Assembly (NCBI GenBank): GCA_902619835.1
Contig: CACNFS010000002.1
Location: forward strand, 3,607 to 67,606
Reading direction: 5' to 3'
Length of the DNA stretch: 64,000 nt
Source of the DNA: an uncultured Pelagibacteraceae bacterium
GTDB taxonomy: Bacteria; Pseudomonadota; Alphaproteobacteria; Pelagibacterales; Pelagibacteraceae
Shown here: positions 8,282 to 17,837 of the stretch, in pieces
Numbering within the stretch: the first letter of the stretch is position 1
Layout of the letters: each line of letters opens with the position of its first letter
Program-made: the position numbers and the translations under genes
Notes under the pieces: model-generated
The model's database searches: none
What the model was told of the DNA's origin: nothing
Seen by the model: the letters and a program-made list of their open reading frames with translations, nothing else

Positions 8282-8404
8282 TTATGCTCGAACTCTGAAA
8301 TTTAAAAATTTTGGACTATTTTGAAGTTCGAAAAGAGAGATTTTTTTGAATTTCTTGGTAATATTAGATTTCAGTTTGTTTTTTTTTAGTTGTTTATTTC
8401 TCAT
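8282..8404 (-). CDS. small basic hypothetical protein (40 aa)
   Basis: MRNKQLKKNKLKSNITKKFKKISLFELQNSPKFLNFRVRA; followed by a terminator hairpin; ATG at 8404 avoids overlap with ybgC. Confidence 0.45.
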   Translation of the reverse strand: MRNKQLKKNKLKSNITKKFKKISLFELQNSPKFLNFRVRA

Positions 8405-8516
8405 AATTCTTTTTAGTTTATTTTGAACTCTATGAGTATTGCTGAATTTGCAAACTTGAGTTGAATATAGTTTATGACGAAAATTTAGGCAGATATTAGG
8501 CGTTTCTTGGCCAATT

Positions 8517-8909
8517 TTAAATTTTTTCAAGAAAATCTTTAGAAAGTTTTTTTATTGACCCACTTCGATCTACAACTGCTAGTTCCACTTCCGCGCTGAC
8601 AAGAATTTCTGTGCCTCTTTTAACCTCTTGAAGCAAATTTAGTCTGACATTAGTTTTTTTTAAAAAGGTTGTTTCAACACTTAAAATATCCTCAAAAACT
8701 GCAGATTTTAGATATTTTATGTTACAACCTCTTACGACAAACATAATATTATGCTCATTCATAAGTTGAGTTAAAGTAAGACCAAATTTATTGTTTATTA
8801 GCTCAGTTCTAGCTCTCTCGATATATTGAAGATATCTTGAATAAAATACTCGACCAAAATCGACATCTTCGACAAAAACTTTCAATTTATAAATGTGGCT
8901 TTTAGACAT
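8517..8909 (-). CDS. YbgC/FadM-family acyl-CoA thioesterase (hotdog fold)
   Basis: EDVD...YLQYIERARTE and FVVR...Y...A.FED.L motifs. Confidence 0.85.
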   Translation of the reverse strand: MSKSHIYKLKVFVEDVDFGRVFYSRYLQYIERARTELINNKFGLTLTQLMNEHNIMFVVRGCNIKYLKSAVFEDILSVETTFLKKTNVRLNLLQEVKRGTEILVSAEVELAVVDRSGSIKKLSKDFLEKI

Positions 8910-9016
8910 AATTTAATCATAAGGCTAAAATTTATCTTATTCAATAAAGTTTCAATTTCTTTTTTTGGTCCAAATTATGCCAAGCAAAGCACAGACTCTA
9001 ACCTTAGATTTTAACC

Positions 9017-9220
9017 ATGAAAATATTATCTACTTTTATGTTATTGCTTATTTTGACTAATTGTGCTGGTAGCAACATGGCCAAAGTAAAATTTGGCAAA
9101 AGATGCACAGCTGCTGATGAGAATGGTTTAAAAGAAAGTTCGTATGTTTGGGTCATTTCAAAAGAAGCGCTTAGATCATTTGATAAGAGAATAAATAAAT
9201 CTAATTGTTCAGATATTTAA
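9017..9220 (+). CDS. small lipoprotein
   Basis: signal peptide with LTNC lipobox. Confidence 0.7.
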   Translation: MKILSTFMLLLILTNCAGSNMAKVKFGKRCTAADENGLKESSYVWVISKEALRSFDKRINKSNCSDI

Positions 9221-9237
9221 TTTCCTTTTAAATTTAA

Positions 9238-10338
9238 TTGTCTGTGCTAATAAGGGGTATGCGAATACCCCTTATTCTGTGTATATTATTTTCTTTAAGT
9301 ATTAGTTTAAATGCTATGGAAAAAAAACCTTATCATCATGTTTATAAAGATGGGAAATTATATTTTAGAAACCTTGAAGGAGGACCAAAAAGAGATCCTA
9401 ATTTTAAATGGGATTGGAAAGTTTTTAGAGAGGAAAAAAAGAAGCTTAAGATTGATTATCCACCTGAACATGTAATTGATAAACAAATAGTTTTAAAAAA
9501 TCTTGAAAAACATAAATCTGATTCATATGTAATGTGGCTTGATCATGCGAGCTTTATAATTAAACTTGGAGACACTACAATAATTACTGATCCAGTTTTT
9601 GAAAAGAATTATGGGCCTATGATATTTGGTCCCAAGAAATACATAGAGTCTCCTTTGTCTCTCAAAGAGCTTCCTAAAATAGATTTATTTTTGCTGACTC
9701 ATAATCATTATGATCACATGAGTATTCGCACGATAAAAAACTTTCCTTATAAAAATGCTAAAGTTCTTGTGCCTCTTAAGCTAGGGAAATATTTCACAAA
9801 AAATGGATATAAAAAAGGTAATGTTAAAGAAATGGATTGGTTCGATAAAATAAAAATTAATGATGAAATCACAATCACGATGCTTCCAAGTCAACATTGG
9901 TCACGTCGGTGGATATGGGGAGATGGAAATACCAATAGATCACTTTGGGGAAGCTTTCTAATTGAATACAAAGACAAAAAAATCTTTTTTGCTTGCGATA
10001 CTGGGCCAGCACCATTTTATAAAGAATTAGGAAAAAAATTTGGTTCTATCGATTTGGGTTTTGGAAATTTAGGCGCCTACAATTTCTATCCAATAATTCC
10101 GGTCAAGGATAAATCCACAGCTCACGCAAATCCTGAAGAGCTTTTATCTCTAATGAAAGACTTAAAAGTAAAAAAGGTTATAGGTATGCATTGGGGAACA
10201 GCAATATTAAGTTTGGAACCGATCTGGGAACCTCCTGTAAGGTTTAAACAAAATGCTGAAAAGTTTGGCTATAAAAAAGAGGAGGCAATTATATTTAAAA
10301 TTGGTGAGATTAAAAAATTAAATGACCTTATCAACTAG
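9238..10338 (+). CDS. exported MBL-fold metallo-hydrolase (RomA/NAPE-PLD-like)
   Basis: THNHYDH, QHWS, CDTG and MHWGT motifs; N-terminal signal peptide; start may be ATG at 9259. Confidence 0.88.
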   Translation: MSVLIRGMRIPLILCILFSLSISLNAMEKKPYHHVYKDGKLYFRNLEGGPKRDPNFKWDWKVFREEKKKLKIDYPPEHVIDKQIVLKNLEKHKSDSYVMWLDHASFIIKLGDTTIITDPVFEKNYGPMIFGPKKYIESPLSLKELPKIDLFLLTHNHYDHMSIRTIKNFPYKNAKVLVPLKLGKYFTKNGYKKGNVKEMDWFDKIKINDEITITMLPSQHWSRRWIWGDGNTNRSLWGSFLIEYKDKKIFFACDTGPAPFYKELGKKFGSIDLGFGNLGAYNFYPIIPVKDKSTAHANPEELLSLMKDLKVKKVIGMHWGTAILSLEPIWEPPVRFKQNAEKFGYKKEEAIIFKIGEIKKLNDLIN

Positions 10339-11542
10339 CTTTTCTTTTATTTCTTTCTCTCTCAAGTAGAGCAGTAAGTGAGTCTACCATAAAATCTGAG
10401 GCATCAAAAATCTGATCTCTCTTAAATTCTTTTGAAATATTTTTTTCTGGATCTGTTTTGTCCTCAATAACTATCCCTTCAGTAGGAGCATCATCTTTTA
10501 AATAAATGCAAATCAACCACTCATCTTCAGGGGTATCATCCCATTTAATATATATGGCGGACTCCTCAATCCTTTTATCTATACACCTCATTAAGGGAAG
10601 ATGTTTACTTAAAAATTTTTTATTTATGTTGAAACAAAGTGAAAGAGATGTTCTATAATATGATATAAGTGCGTACTCTACTTTTTCTCTTTCCTCATTA
10701 AAAATTCTTTCTTTTTCTAACAAAACTTCTTTTGTATCACTGTCTTTTACATCAACACCAAATTGAGTAAGTCTTTCTCTAATTGCTTCTTCAATTTTTT
10801 GTTGTCTTAGAGCTTTGTATTTTTCTTTGATCTTATCTATACGTAGTTTAACTTCTTCGTAAGACTCTCTTTGTTGGCTTAAGACGTATTTAGAAAGTGC
10901 TTGGACTTCTTTTTCTTCTCTTTGAATGAAGCTTTTTATTTTTTTCTCTAATTTAATTTGTTCTAAAAATTTCCTTTGTTTTTCTGCTCGTTCTCTTCTA
11001 AGTTCAGCTTGATCCTCGCGTATAAATCTTTTCAGATCAATTGATAATTGGCGACTAAACTCTTTCTCCTCTTTTAACTCAAGGGCTTTGGCTTTTAATG
11101 CTATTTCCTCTTGTTGCATAAAACGCTTCTTTGCCTCTATTTTTTCTCTTTCCATTTCTTTTATTTTTTTTTCTTTTTGTTTTGCTCTTTCTTCTTGAAT
11201 AACTTTTTTAATATTTGAAACTCGGTTAGAAATACCTTGAAAAAAATTTTGAAGAGATTTATCTAGATTTAAATTAAACCTTAGCATTGATTTAATTTTG
11301 TCACTTAAACTTAGAATTCCTGAAACTACTGCTCTTGTTTTCTGAGTTTTTTTACGTTTCGTCCTGAAAGGAATTACTCTCTTTTTTCGAGCCTTAATTT
11401 TTTTTCTTCTTTTTTTAACTGTTCTTTTTATTTTTGATTTTTTTTTGAGAACTTTTCTTCTTTTTTTAACAGATTTTACAGATTTAAATCTTTTTGATTT
11501 AATTGTCTTATTTTTCTTAAGTTTCCTTTTCTTTCTTTTCAT
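10331..11542 (-). CDS. hypothetical protein: Lys/Arg-rich N-terminus, long coiled coil, acidic globular C-terminus
   Basis: composition seen directly in the translation. Confidence 0.7.
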   Translation of the reverse strand: MKRKKRKLKKNKTIKSKRFKSVKSVKKRRKVLKKKSKIKRTVKKRRKKIKARKKRVIPFRTKRKKTQKTRAVVSGILSLSDKIKSMLRFNLNLDKSLQNFFQGISNRVSNIKKVIQEERAKQKEKKIKEMEREKIEAKKRFMQQEEIALKAKALELKEEKEFSRQLSIDLKRFIREDQAELRRERAEKQRKFLEQIKLEKKIKSFIQREEKEVQALSKYVLSQQRESYEEVKLRIDKIKEKYKALRQQKIEEAIRERLTQFGVDVKDSDTKEVLLEKERIFNEEREKVEYALISYYRTSLSLCFNINKKFLSKHLPLMRCIDKRIEESAIYIKWDDTPEDEWLICIYLKDDAPTEGIVIEDKTDPEKNISKEFKRDQIFDASDFMVDSLTALLERERNKRKAS

Positions 11543-11568
11543 ACTGCTATCTTATTTAATAACAGTTT

Positions 11569-12768
11569 TTAGTTATAAATGTAATCTCGAGTTCTAGAAG
11601 CAGTTGAAAAGTTCTTAACAAGTTGGATTTGAAAAACAAGAAGATCTCGGTATCTAAAAGCGGCGCTCGTTGAACTTAAGTAAAACTCCCACATTTTACA
11701 GAACTTTTCATCAAATAAATCTTTCATTTCAGTCCTTTTCGCTAAGAATCTTTCTCTCCATGCTTCCAAAGTTAAATCGTAATGTTTGATTAAAGTTTCA
11801 CAATCATTCACAATGAAACCTGATTTTTCAATTGGTTTGATGATTTGACTATAAGATGGACATCTTCCACCTGGAAAAATACGAGTATTTATCCAGCGAG
11901 ATGGTGCTGAAGGCGGTCCAACGACCCCAATTGTGTGAAGTAAAAAAGTTCCATTATCTTTTAATAAGTCGTAAGTTTTTTTAAAAAAGGTATTATAGTA
12001 CTTCAAAGATGTGTGTTCGAACATGCCAATTGAGTAGAGTTTATCGAATTTACCACCCATATCTCTATAGTCTCTAAGCTCGAAATTGATTTGATTATCT
12101 AAATTTAATTCCTTTGCATTTTGCACAGCATAATCTAGTTGGTTTTTGCTCAACGTTATACCAGTTACTTCACAACCAGTTTGTTTAGCTATGTATGCAG
12201 CGGCAGTTCCAAAACCACAACCGATATCTAGAATTTTATCTCCTTTTTTAATTTTTAGTTTTTTTATAATATGATTGAGTTTATTTATTTGAGCTTCTTC
12301 TAATGTTTTTGTGTCATCTTTCCAAATCGCACAAGAATATTGCATATTACTGCAAAGCATATTTGTATACAATTTTATTCCTTTCTTACCTCCTAAATCA
12401 TAATGGCTCGATATCTGCTGTTTTGATTTTGACTTTGTATTAAAATTTGAAATATATCTCCAAATACCAAACAATTTTTTTACCAAATCGCTATATAAAG
12501 TAATTTCACCTCGCCCAAGATTTTTTACAAAAACCATCAAAAATTCATGCAGTGTTGCATTTTCTATTATTATTTCCTCATTAATATAAGCTTCGGGAAA
12601 ATAATATTCTGGCTCTACCAATAATAAATATTTTAGTTTTTTGTTTAATAGTTTAACAGTGATAGGTTTTTTAGAGTTTGGTTTACCAATAAAGTACTTA
12701 ACATTTTCATCTTGTAAAATTATACCGTCTTCCTTATAAATTTTTGACAAGACTCTTGCTAATAACAT
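11569..12768 (-). CDS. cfa: cyclopropane-fatty-acyl-phospholipid synthase family methyltransferase
   Basis: HYD, QYSCA, LDIGCG, GITLS, GMFEH, IFPGG and MWEFYL motifs. Confidence 0.88.
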   Translation of the reverse strand: MLLARVLSKIYKEDGIILQDENVKYFIGKPNSKKPITVKLLNKKLKYLLLVEPEYYFPEAYINEEIIIENATLHEFLMVFVKNLGRGEITLYSDLVKKLFGIWRYISNFNTKSKSKQQISSHYDLGGKKGIKLYTNMLCSNMQYSCAIWKDDTKTLEEAQINKLNHIIKKLKIKKGDKILDIGCGFGTAAAYIAKQTGCEVTGITLSKNQLDYAVQNAKELNLDNQINFELRDYRDMGGKFDKLYSIGMFEHTSLKYYNTFFKKTYDLLKDNGTFLLHTIGVVGPPSAPSRWINTRIFPGGRCPSYSQIIKPIEKSGFIVNDCETLIKHYDLTLEAWRERFLAKRTEMKDLFDEKFCKMWEFYLSSTSAAFRYRDLLVFQIQLVKNFSTASRTRDYIYN

Positions 12769-12771
12769 AAT

Positions 12772-13656
12772 TTAAGCCGCTAAGTTTTTTTCGTTATTGA
12801 ATTTAAGTTTATTCAATTTTTCAATAAGTTCTTTCTGTTTTTCCTCATTTAATAAAGTAAGTGGAGGTAATATATTCTTATAGTTTTCATCTTTAATCGA
12901 ATGATAACTATGCAAGGCAGATATCAAATTATATTGATCAAATGTTTCTCTTACAGCTATTAATTGGTCGTTTTTTGTTTGTGGAGTTTTATTTTCGAAA
13001 TCATCAAACACTTTTCTAGCTAAAGAGTGAGTCGAGTTTGTGCACGCGCTGATGATCCCCGCAGAGCCTTTTTCCAATCCTTTAAGTAATTTTGCCTCAC
13101 TTCCAGGAAAAATTAAAAAATCTTTAATCTTTAAATTTTCATATAAGTTATAAGAAGAGTCTTTAACGCCAATTATATTTTTAGGAAATGACTTAATTAA
13201 TTTTGTAATTGCTTCAATTGAAAACAAATAACCAGATAATTTCTGAAAGTTATAGATTACAATTTTTATTTTAGGACATGATAAAATTATTTTTTTATAA
13301 AATTCAAAAACTCCCTCGTCAGAATTTCCAACGTAGTAGGCGCTTGGCATTAATAAAATTGTATTAAAGCTAAACTCACTTGCGTATTTTATTAATTCAA
13401 TATTTTCGTTAAGACTATTGCAGCCTGTTCCTAAAAAAAACTGTTTTCTTAATTTGTGGGTAGAAATTTTCGAAATTAGCTCCATTTTTTCATTTTTGGA
13501 GATAAGCTGAGACATTCCAGTGCTCCCAAAAAAGAAACATCCATGTAGACCGTTTTTAATTAAATTTTCTGCATGAGAAATCGTAGCCTCAACGTTCAAC
13601 GTTAAGTCTTTATTTAAAACACTTAAACTAGCTGCGTATATCCCTCGTTTTAACAT
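12772..13656 (-). CDS. DapA/NAL-family class I aldolase
   Basis: GSTG, YNF and GVKDSS (Schiff-base Lys); probable start MLKRG at 13656. Confidence 0.85.
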   Translation of the reverse strand: MLKRGIYAASLSVLNKDLTLNVEATISHAENLIKNGLHGCFFFGSTGMSQLISKNEKMELISKISTHKLRKQFFLGTGCNSLNENIELIKYASEFSFNTILLMPSAYYVGNSDEGVFEFYKKIILSCPKIKIVIYNFQKLSGYLFSIEAITKLIKSFPKNIIGVKDSSYNLYENLKIKDFLIFPGSEAKLLKGLEKGSAGIISACTNSTHSLARKVFDDFENKTPQTKNDQLIAVRETFDQYNLISALHSYHSIKDENYKNILPPLTLLNEEKQKELIEKLNKLKFNNEKNLAA

Positions 13657-13703
13657 CTTATTGTCCCAATTTATTGAAATAAAATATAATATAAGTTTCA
13701 AAA

Positions 13704-14666
13704 ATGAAAGTTCTGATTCTCATTAATAAAATAGGCCTTGGAGACTGCGTGATTCACATAAATTATATTCATGAAATCTCGAAAAAATACAAAAAACCAG
13801 TTTCAATATTAGCCAAGGAAAATACAAGAGCAAAAGATCTGTTTAGAGATGACCCTCATATTGATGAAGTTATAACATTGGATCGTTTAAATGATAATTC
13901 GGGTAGCCATGATGGTCTAAATGGATTTTTTAAATTAGCAAGGGATATTAAAGATAAAAGGTTTGATGAAGTATTCATCTTTAATAGTTCAATAAGATAT
14001 TATTTAATTTGTAAATTTGCGGGTATAAAAAAAATAGCTCAATATCCATTATTTAAAAAAAAAGGACAGCATGTAGTTAATACTGCAAAAATTTTTACTG
14101 AAAATGAACTAAATAAAATTGTATCAACAAAACCAAAGCTTTTAATTAGTGAAGAAAAAATTCTAAGTGCTAGAAAAGATATATCTCAGAGTCATAAAAA
14201 TATTGTATTGGGAATAAGCGCATCTGGACCAACAAAGCGTTGGGGTATCGCAAACTTTATAAGATTAATTGAAAAAATAAATGAAAAACTTCCTTCCAAA
14301 TTTTATTTAGCTGCTGGAAAAAATGATCAAAAATTGATTGATGAAATATTGAACTCAAATATAGGACCTAATTGTATTTCTTTAAATAATTTAAAGATAA
14401 GTGAGATGATGCCTATAATAGCTAATTGTAATTTGTATTGTGGAAATGATACTGGGTTTATGCATATAAGTGCAGCTCTTAATTTAAAAACTATAGCTTT
14501 ATTTATGGATAGTCCAGTGCTTGCTTATGGAAAGTACTCAGAAAATATTAGTGTAATAATTCCAGAGGGTGAAACTGAGGAAACAACAACTCACAACACT
14601 TTAGGTGCGGATAAGATCTCTTTTGATAGAGTTTATGATAAATGTATTAAACTTTTATCTAACTAA
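13704..14666 (+). CDS. glycosyltransferase family 9 (heptosyltransferase-like)
   Basis: IGLGD, KRW and GNDTGFMHISAAL motifs. Confidence 0.88.
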   Translation: MKVLILINKIGLGDCVIHINYIHEISKKYKKPVSILAKENTRAKDLFRDDPHIDEVITLDRLNDNSGSHDGLNGFFKLARDIKDKRFDEVFIFNSSIRYYLICKFAGIKKIAQYPLFKKKGQHVVNTAKIFTENELNKIVSTKPKLLISEEKILSARKDISQSHKNIVLGISASGPTKRWGIANFIRLIEKINEKLPSKFYLAAGKNDQKLIDEILNSNIGPNCISLNNLKISEMMPIIANCNLYCGNDTGFMHISAALNLKTIALFMDSPVLAYGKYSENISVIIPEGETEETTTHNTLGADKISFDRVYDKCIKLLSN

Positions 14667-15171
14667 AATCAGTTTTTATTATTTTTTCTTTAGCTTCATT
14701 TACTAATTGACTTAATCTAGAGCTGTCTACATTACGGTTCATATCAGGATGAATTTTTTTTTGCAATTGATTGGCTGCTTTTAAAACTTCTTCTTTACTC
14801 GCACCCTTTTTTAATCCTAGCAATTTATAAGCCTCTTCTGATGTAAGGCTTGATGATCCTGGAGTTTGACCAAACTGACCTTGAGAAAATCTTCCTGCGT
14901 TATTTTTCATGAACTGGATTAATCTCCATAATTGATACATCTGCAGAGCAGTGAATCCTTTAATCTTAAGCCCAGAGAGCAAGATTAACCACATTGGAAG
15001 ACTGAAAATGAATTTACCGCCAATTGTAAATAGTACAGCAAGAATCAATGATATATAAATTGCAATTTTTTTAATAGTTGTAGCTATCTTTTTTGAACTA
15101 GCTCTAGCGAACCAATTGAGAAAAAGGTAGATTACGACGAAAATGATAATTCCCAACAAAAACAAATTCAT
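14659..15171 (-). CDS. membrane-anchored J-domain protein
   Basis: N-terminal TM helices; EAYKLLGL...HPD motif. Confidence 0.85.
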   Translation of the reverse strand: MNLFLLGIIIFVVIYLFLNWFARASSKKIATTIKKIAIYISLILAVLFTIGGKFIFSLPMWLILLSGLKIKGFTALQMYQLWRLIQFMKNNAGRFSQGQFGQTPGSSSLTSEEAYKLLGLKKGASKEEVLKAANQLQKKIHPDMNRNVDSSRLSQLVNEAKEKIIKTDFS

Positions 15172-15184
15172 ATAATTTCCTATT

Positions 15185-17269
15185 ATGAATATACCAAAAC
15201 TTAAAAAAATAAAGACTACGAAAAATTATCACGGGATTCCACTAGAAGATGATTATTCATGGGTTGATCAGCCAAATATCCTTGAAGTTTTAAAGGACCC
15301 AAAGAAATTAAATGCTGAAGTCAAAGATTACATAGAAGCTAACAACAAAATGACAGAAGACTACTTTGCAGACGTTAAGGAACTACAAAAAAATTTATTT
15401 AACGAAATCAAAGGAAAAATTAAATTAGATGATACTGGATTAAAATATAAAGATAAAAAATATTATTATTGGGCTAAAACTGAAGCTAAGGGTAATTACG
15501 GAAAAAGAATGAGACAACTCATTGATGGTTCTAAACCTGAGGAAGTTTTTTTTGATGGTGATTTAGAAAAGAAGAAATCTGGTTCAGAATACTTTGGAGT
15601 TGGAACTGTAAGCACTTCTTATTGTGATAATTTTATTGCTTATTCTTTAGATTTAAAAGGATCAGAATATTACACAATTTATTTAAGAGATCTAAGAACT
15701 GGAAAAAATGAAAAAGATATAATTGAAAATACTAGTGGTAGTGTAACTTGGGCCCTGGATAATAAAAGTTTCTTTTATTCGAAGTTAGATCAATATCATA
15801 GACCAAGACAGATATTTAAACATGTCCTTGGAACACCGAACAATCAAGATCAGCTAATATTTGAGGAAAAAGATGAGACTTTTACTTGTGGTATTGGCAT
15901 TACCTCTGATGAAAAATATTTCATTATTGGGACTTCCGATCATATCACAACTGAGGAATATTTCTTTCCAACAGATTCAAAAGAAATTAAACCTATTCTT
16001 TTTCAAAAAAGAAAAAATGACGTTCGTTATTCAATAGACTCTTGGCAAGGTTATTTTTATATTCACACCAATGAAGAGGCTAGGGATTACAAGGTACTTA
16101 GATGTAAAACTAATCAAATAGAAAAATTAGAAGTTTTTATCCCCGCTAAAAAAGAAACTGTTATTGGTGGTTTTGAATTTTTAGATGATTATATCCTTAG
16201 ATCAGAGAAATCTGATGCTATACCAAAACTTTTTGTAAGAAATATAAAAACTAACAAAGAAGAAGAAATTAAAATCTCAGATGAACCGATAGGTGTTCCG
16301 GGTGTTTCTTTAATGCAAAGAGACACAAATACTACAATGATAAGAGTTGGTTGGGAGAGTATGGCAACTCCTGGAAGAGTTTATGAATATGATATCATCA
16401 CTAAAGAAAAAAAATTAGTCAAAGAAACAGAAATTCCATCTGGCCATGATCCTAGCAAATATGTTGTGGAAAGAATTAAAGCTCGATCACATGATGGTCG
16501 TATGATTCCAATTAGTTTAGTAAGATTAAAAGACTCTAAACAAAATGGAAAATCAAAAGTTTTGCTCTACAGCTACGGAGCTTATAAACATTCGGTTAAT
16601 TGTTCATTTAGTGCTTCAAGATTTTGTCTCGTAGATAGAGGAATTATTTTTGCAATAGCACATATTAGAGGCGGTGGCGATCTTGGTGATAGCTGGCACA
16701 CGGAAGGTAAAAAAAAATTAAAAAAAAATACTTTTTTAGATTATATAGCATGCGCAAATCATTTAATAGAACAAAGATATACTTATAAGGGTGGAATTTG
16801 TTTTTACGGTGGATCAGCTGGAGGTCTTACAGGTGGAGCAGTGGCTAACCTTTCTCCAGATTTATTTTTTGGGATGCTTTTGTTAGTACCATTCGTAGAT
16901 ACTATGACCACAATGTTAAATGAAAAATTACCCTTAACTCCAGGTGAATGGGAAATGTGGGGAAATCCAATTAAAAGCAAAGAGTATTTTGAATATATCC
17001 TGTCATACTCTCCTTATAATAATCTTGAGAAAAAAGATTATCCGTCGATGCTTATAACTACATCTTTGTTTGACAATCGAGTTCTTTACTCTGAGCCAGT
17101 TAAATATATTGCAAAGTTAAGAGATTTAAAAACTGATAATAATTATCAATTACTCAAATGTAAGATGAAAGCAGCAGGTCATGGAGGAATGTCTGGACGC
17201 GACAATGCTATCACAGAGTTAGCTGAAGAATATTCTTTTATTTTAAAATCGGCAAAAGTTTTAAAATAA
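15185..17269 (+). CDS. ptrB: oligopeptidase B (S9A peptidase)
   Basis: HIRGGG, GGSAGG (Ser), DNRV (Asp) and AGHGG (His) motifs. Confidence 0.92.
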   Translation: MNIPKLKKIKTTKNYHGIPLEDDYSWVDQPNILEVLKDPKKLNAEVKDYIEANNKMTEDYFADVKELQKNLFNEIKGKIKLDDTGLKYKDKKYYYWAKTEAKGNYGKRMRQLIDGSKPEEVFFDGDLEKKKSGSEYFGVGTVSTSYCDNFIAYSLDLKGSEYYTIYLRDLRTGKNEKDIIENTSGSVTWALDNKSFFYSKLDQYHRPRQIFKHVLGTPNNQDQLIFEEKDETFTCGIGITSDEKYFIIGTSDHITTEEYFFPTDSKEIKPILFQKRKNDVRYSIDSWQGYFYIHTNEEARDYKVLRCKTNQIEKLEVFIPAKKETVIGGFEFLDDYILRSEKSDAIPKLFVRNIKTNKEEEIKISDEPIGVPGVSLMQRDTNTTMIRVGWESMATPGRVYEYDIITKEKKLVKETEIPSGHDPSKYVVERIKARSHDGRMIPISLVRLKDSKQNGKSKVLLYSYGAYKHSVNCSFSASRFCLVDRGIIFAIAHIRGGGDLGDSWHTEGKKKLKKNTFLDYIACANHLIEQRYTYKGGICFYGGSAGGLTGGAVANLSPDLFFGMLLLVPFVDTMTTMLNEKLPLTPGEWEMWGNPIKSKEYFEYILSYSPYNNLEKKDYPSMLITTSLFDNRVLYSEPVKYIAKLRDLKTDNNYQLLKCKMKAAGHGGMSGRDNAITELAEEYSFILKSAKVLK

Positions 17270-17273
17270 TAAT

Positions 17274-17301
17274 CTTGAAAAAAAAAAAATAATTCCCATA
17301 T
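17274..17301 (+). promoter_or_regulatory. RpoH (sigma32) promoter
   Basis: CTTGAA-N15-CCCATAT upstream of hsp20. Confidence 0.75.
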
Positions 17302-17308
17302 GTATTAT

Positions 17309-17361
17309 GTTAGTTGCCAAATGGGACTGACTTAAACCTTGCTAACAAAGGAGGATATATG
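17309..17361 (+). promoter_or_regulatory. ROSE-like RNA thermometer candidate
   Basis: a 5' hairpin, then CCUUGCU (17337-17343) placed to pair with the AAGGAGG SD. Confidence 0.5.
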
Positions 17362-17799
17362 ACAAGTAAGGATCTATCGATCTTTAATTCACTTAGACCT
17401 TTAAGCGTAGGCTTCGATGATATGTTTGATCAGTTTGAGTCTATGCTAGGAAATGGTGGCGTAGTGCAAAGTAATTACCCGCCATATAACATCCGAAAAG
17501 CAGGCAAAGATAAATATGCTATTGAGGTAGCAGTTGCCGGCTTTAATAAAGATGATGTTGAAGTTGAATATGAGGATAATCTTTTAACAATAAAAACAAA
17601 AGACGTTAAAAGAACTGAAGAAAAAGAAGGTGATGAAGTAATTCATCGAGGAATATCACAAAGATCTTTTGCAAGATCGTTCACAATTGCAGATGATGTA
17701 AAAGTGAATGGGGCCGAGCTAAAGGATGGTTTACTGACTATTTCTTGTGAAAAAATCATTCCTGAAATTAAGAAAAAAAGACTTATTGAAATTAAATAA
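17359..17799 (+). CDS. small heat shock protein Hsp20 (IbpA-like)
   Basis: YPPYNI, AVAGF, HRGIS.RSF.RSF and A.LKDGLL motifs; AGGAGG RBS supports ATG at 17359. Confidence 0.93.
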   Translation: MTSKDLSIFNSLRPLSVGFDDMFDQFESMLGNGGVVQSNYPPYNIRKAGKDKYAIEVAVAGFNKDDVEVEYEDNLLTIKTKDVKRTEEKEGDEVIHRGISQRSFARSFTIADDVKVNGAELKDGLLTISCEKIIPEIKKKRLIEIK

Positions 17800-17806
17800 G
17801 TTTTCC

Positions 17807-17836
17807 TTACTTGCGGAGTTTTATCTCCGCAAGTAA
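17807..17836. terminator. bidirectional terminator hairpin
   Basis: TTACTTGCGGAG-ttttat-CTCCGCAAGTAA perfect 12-bp stem between convergent genes. Confidence 0.8.
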
Positions 17837-17837
17837 T

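Noticed and set aside
570-13656. Diversity-generating retroelement as the cause of the divergence
   Set aside because: I saw no reverse transcriptase or template/variable repeat pair, and changes such as Ile->Trp and Gly->Tyr plus indels cannot arise from adenine-only mutagenesis.
570-13656. Simple pseudogene decay or poor sequence quality
   Set aside because: Frames are open over ~13 kb with one exception, indels are in-frame and catalytic residues are preferentially kept, which implies purifying selection.
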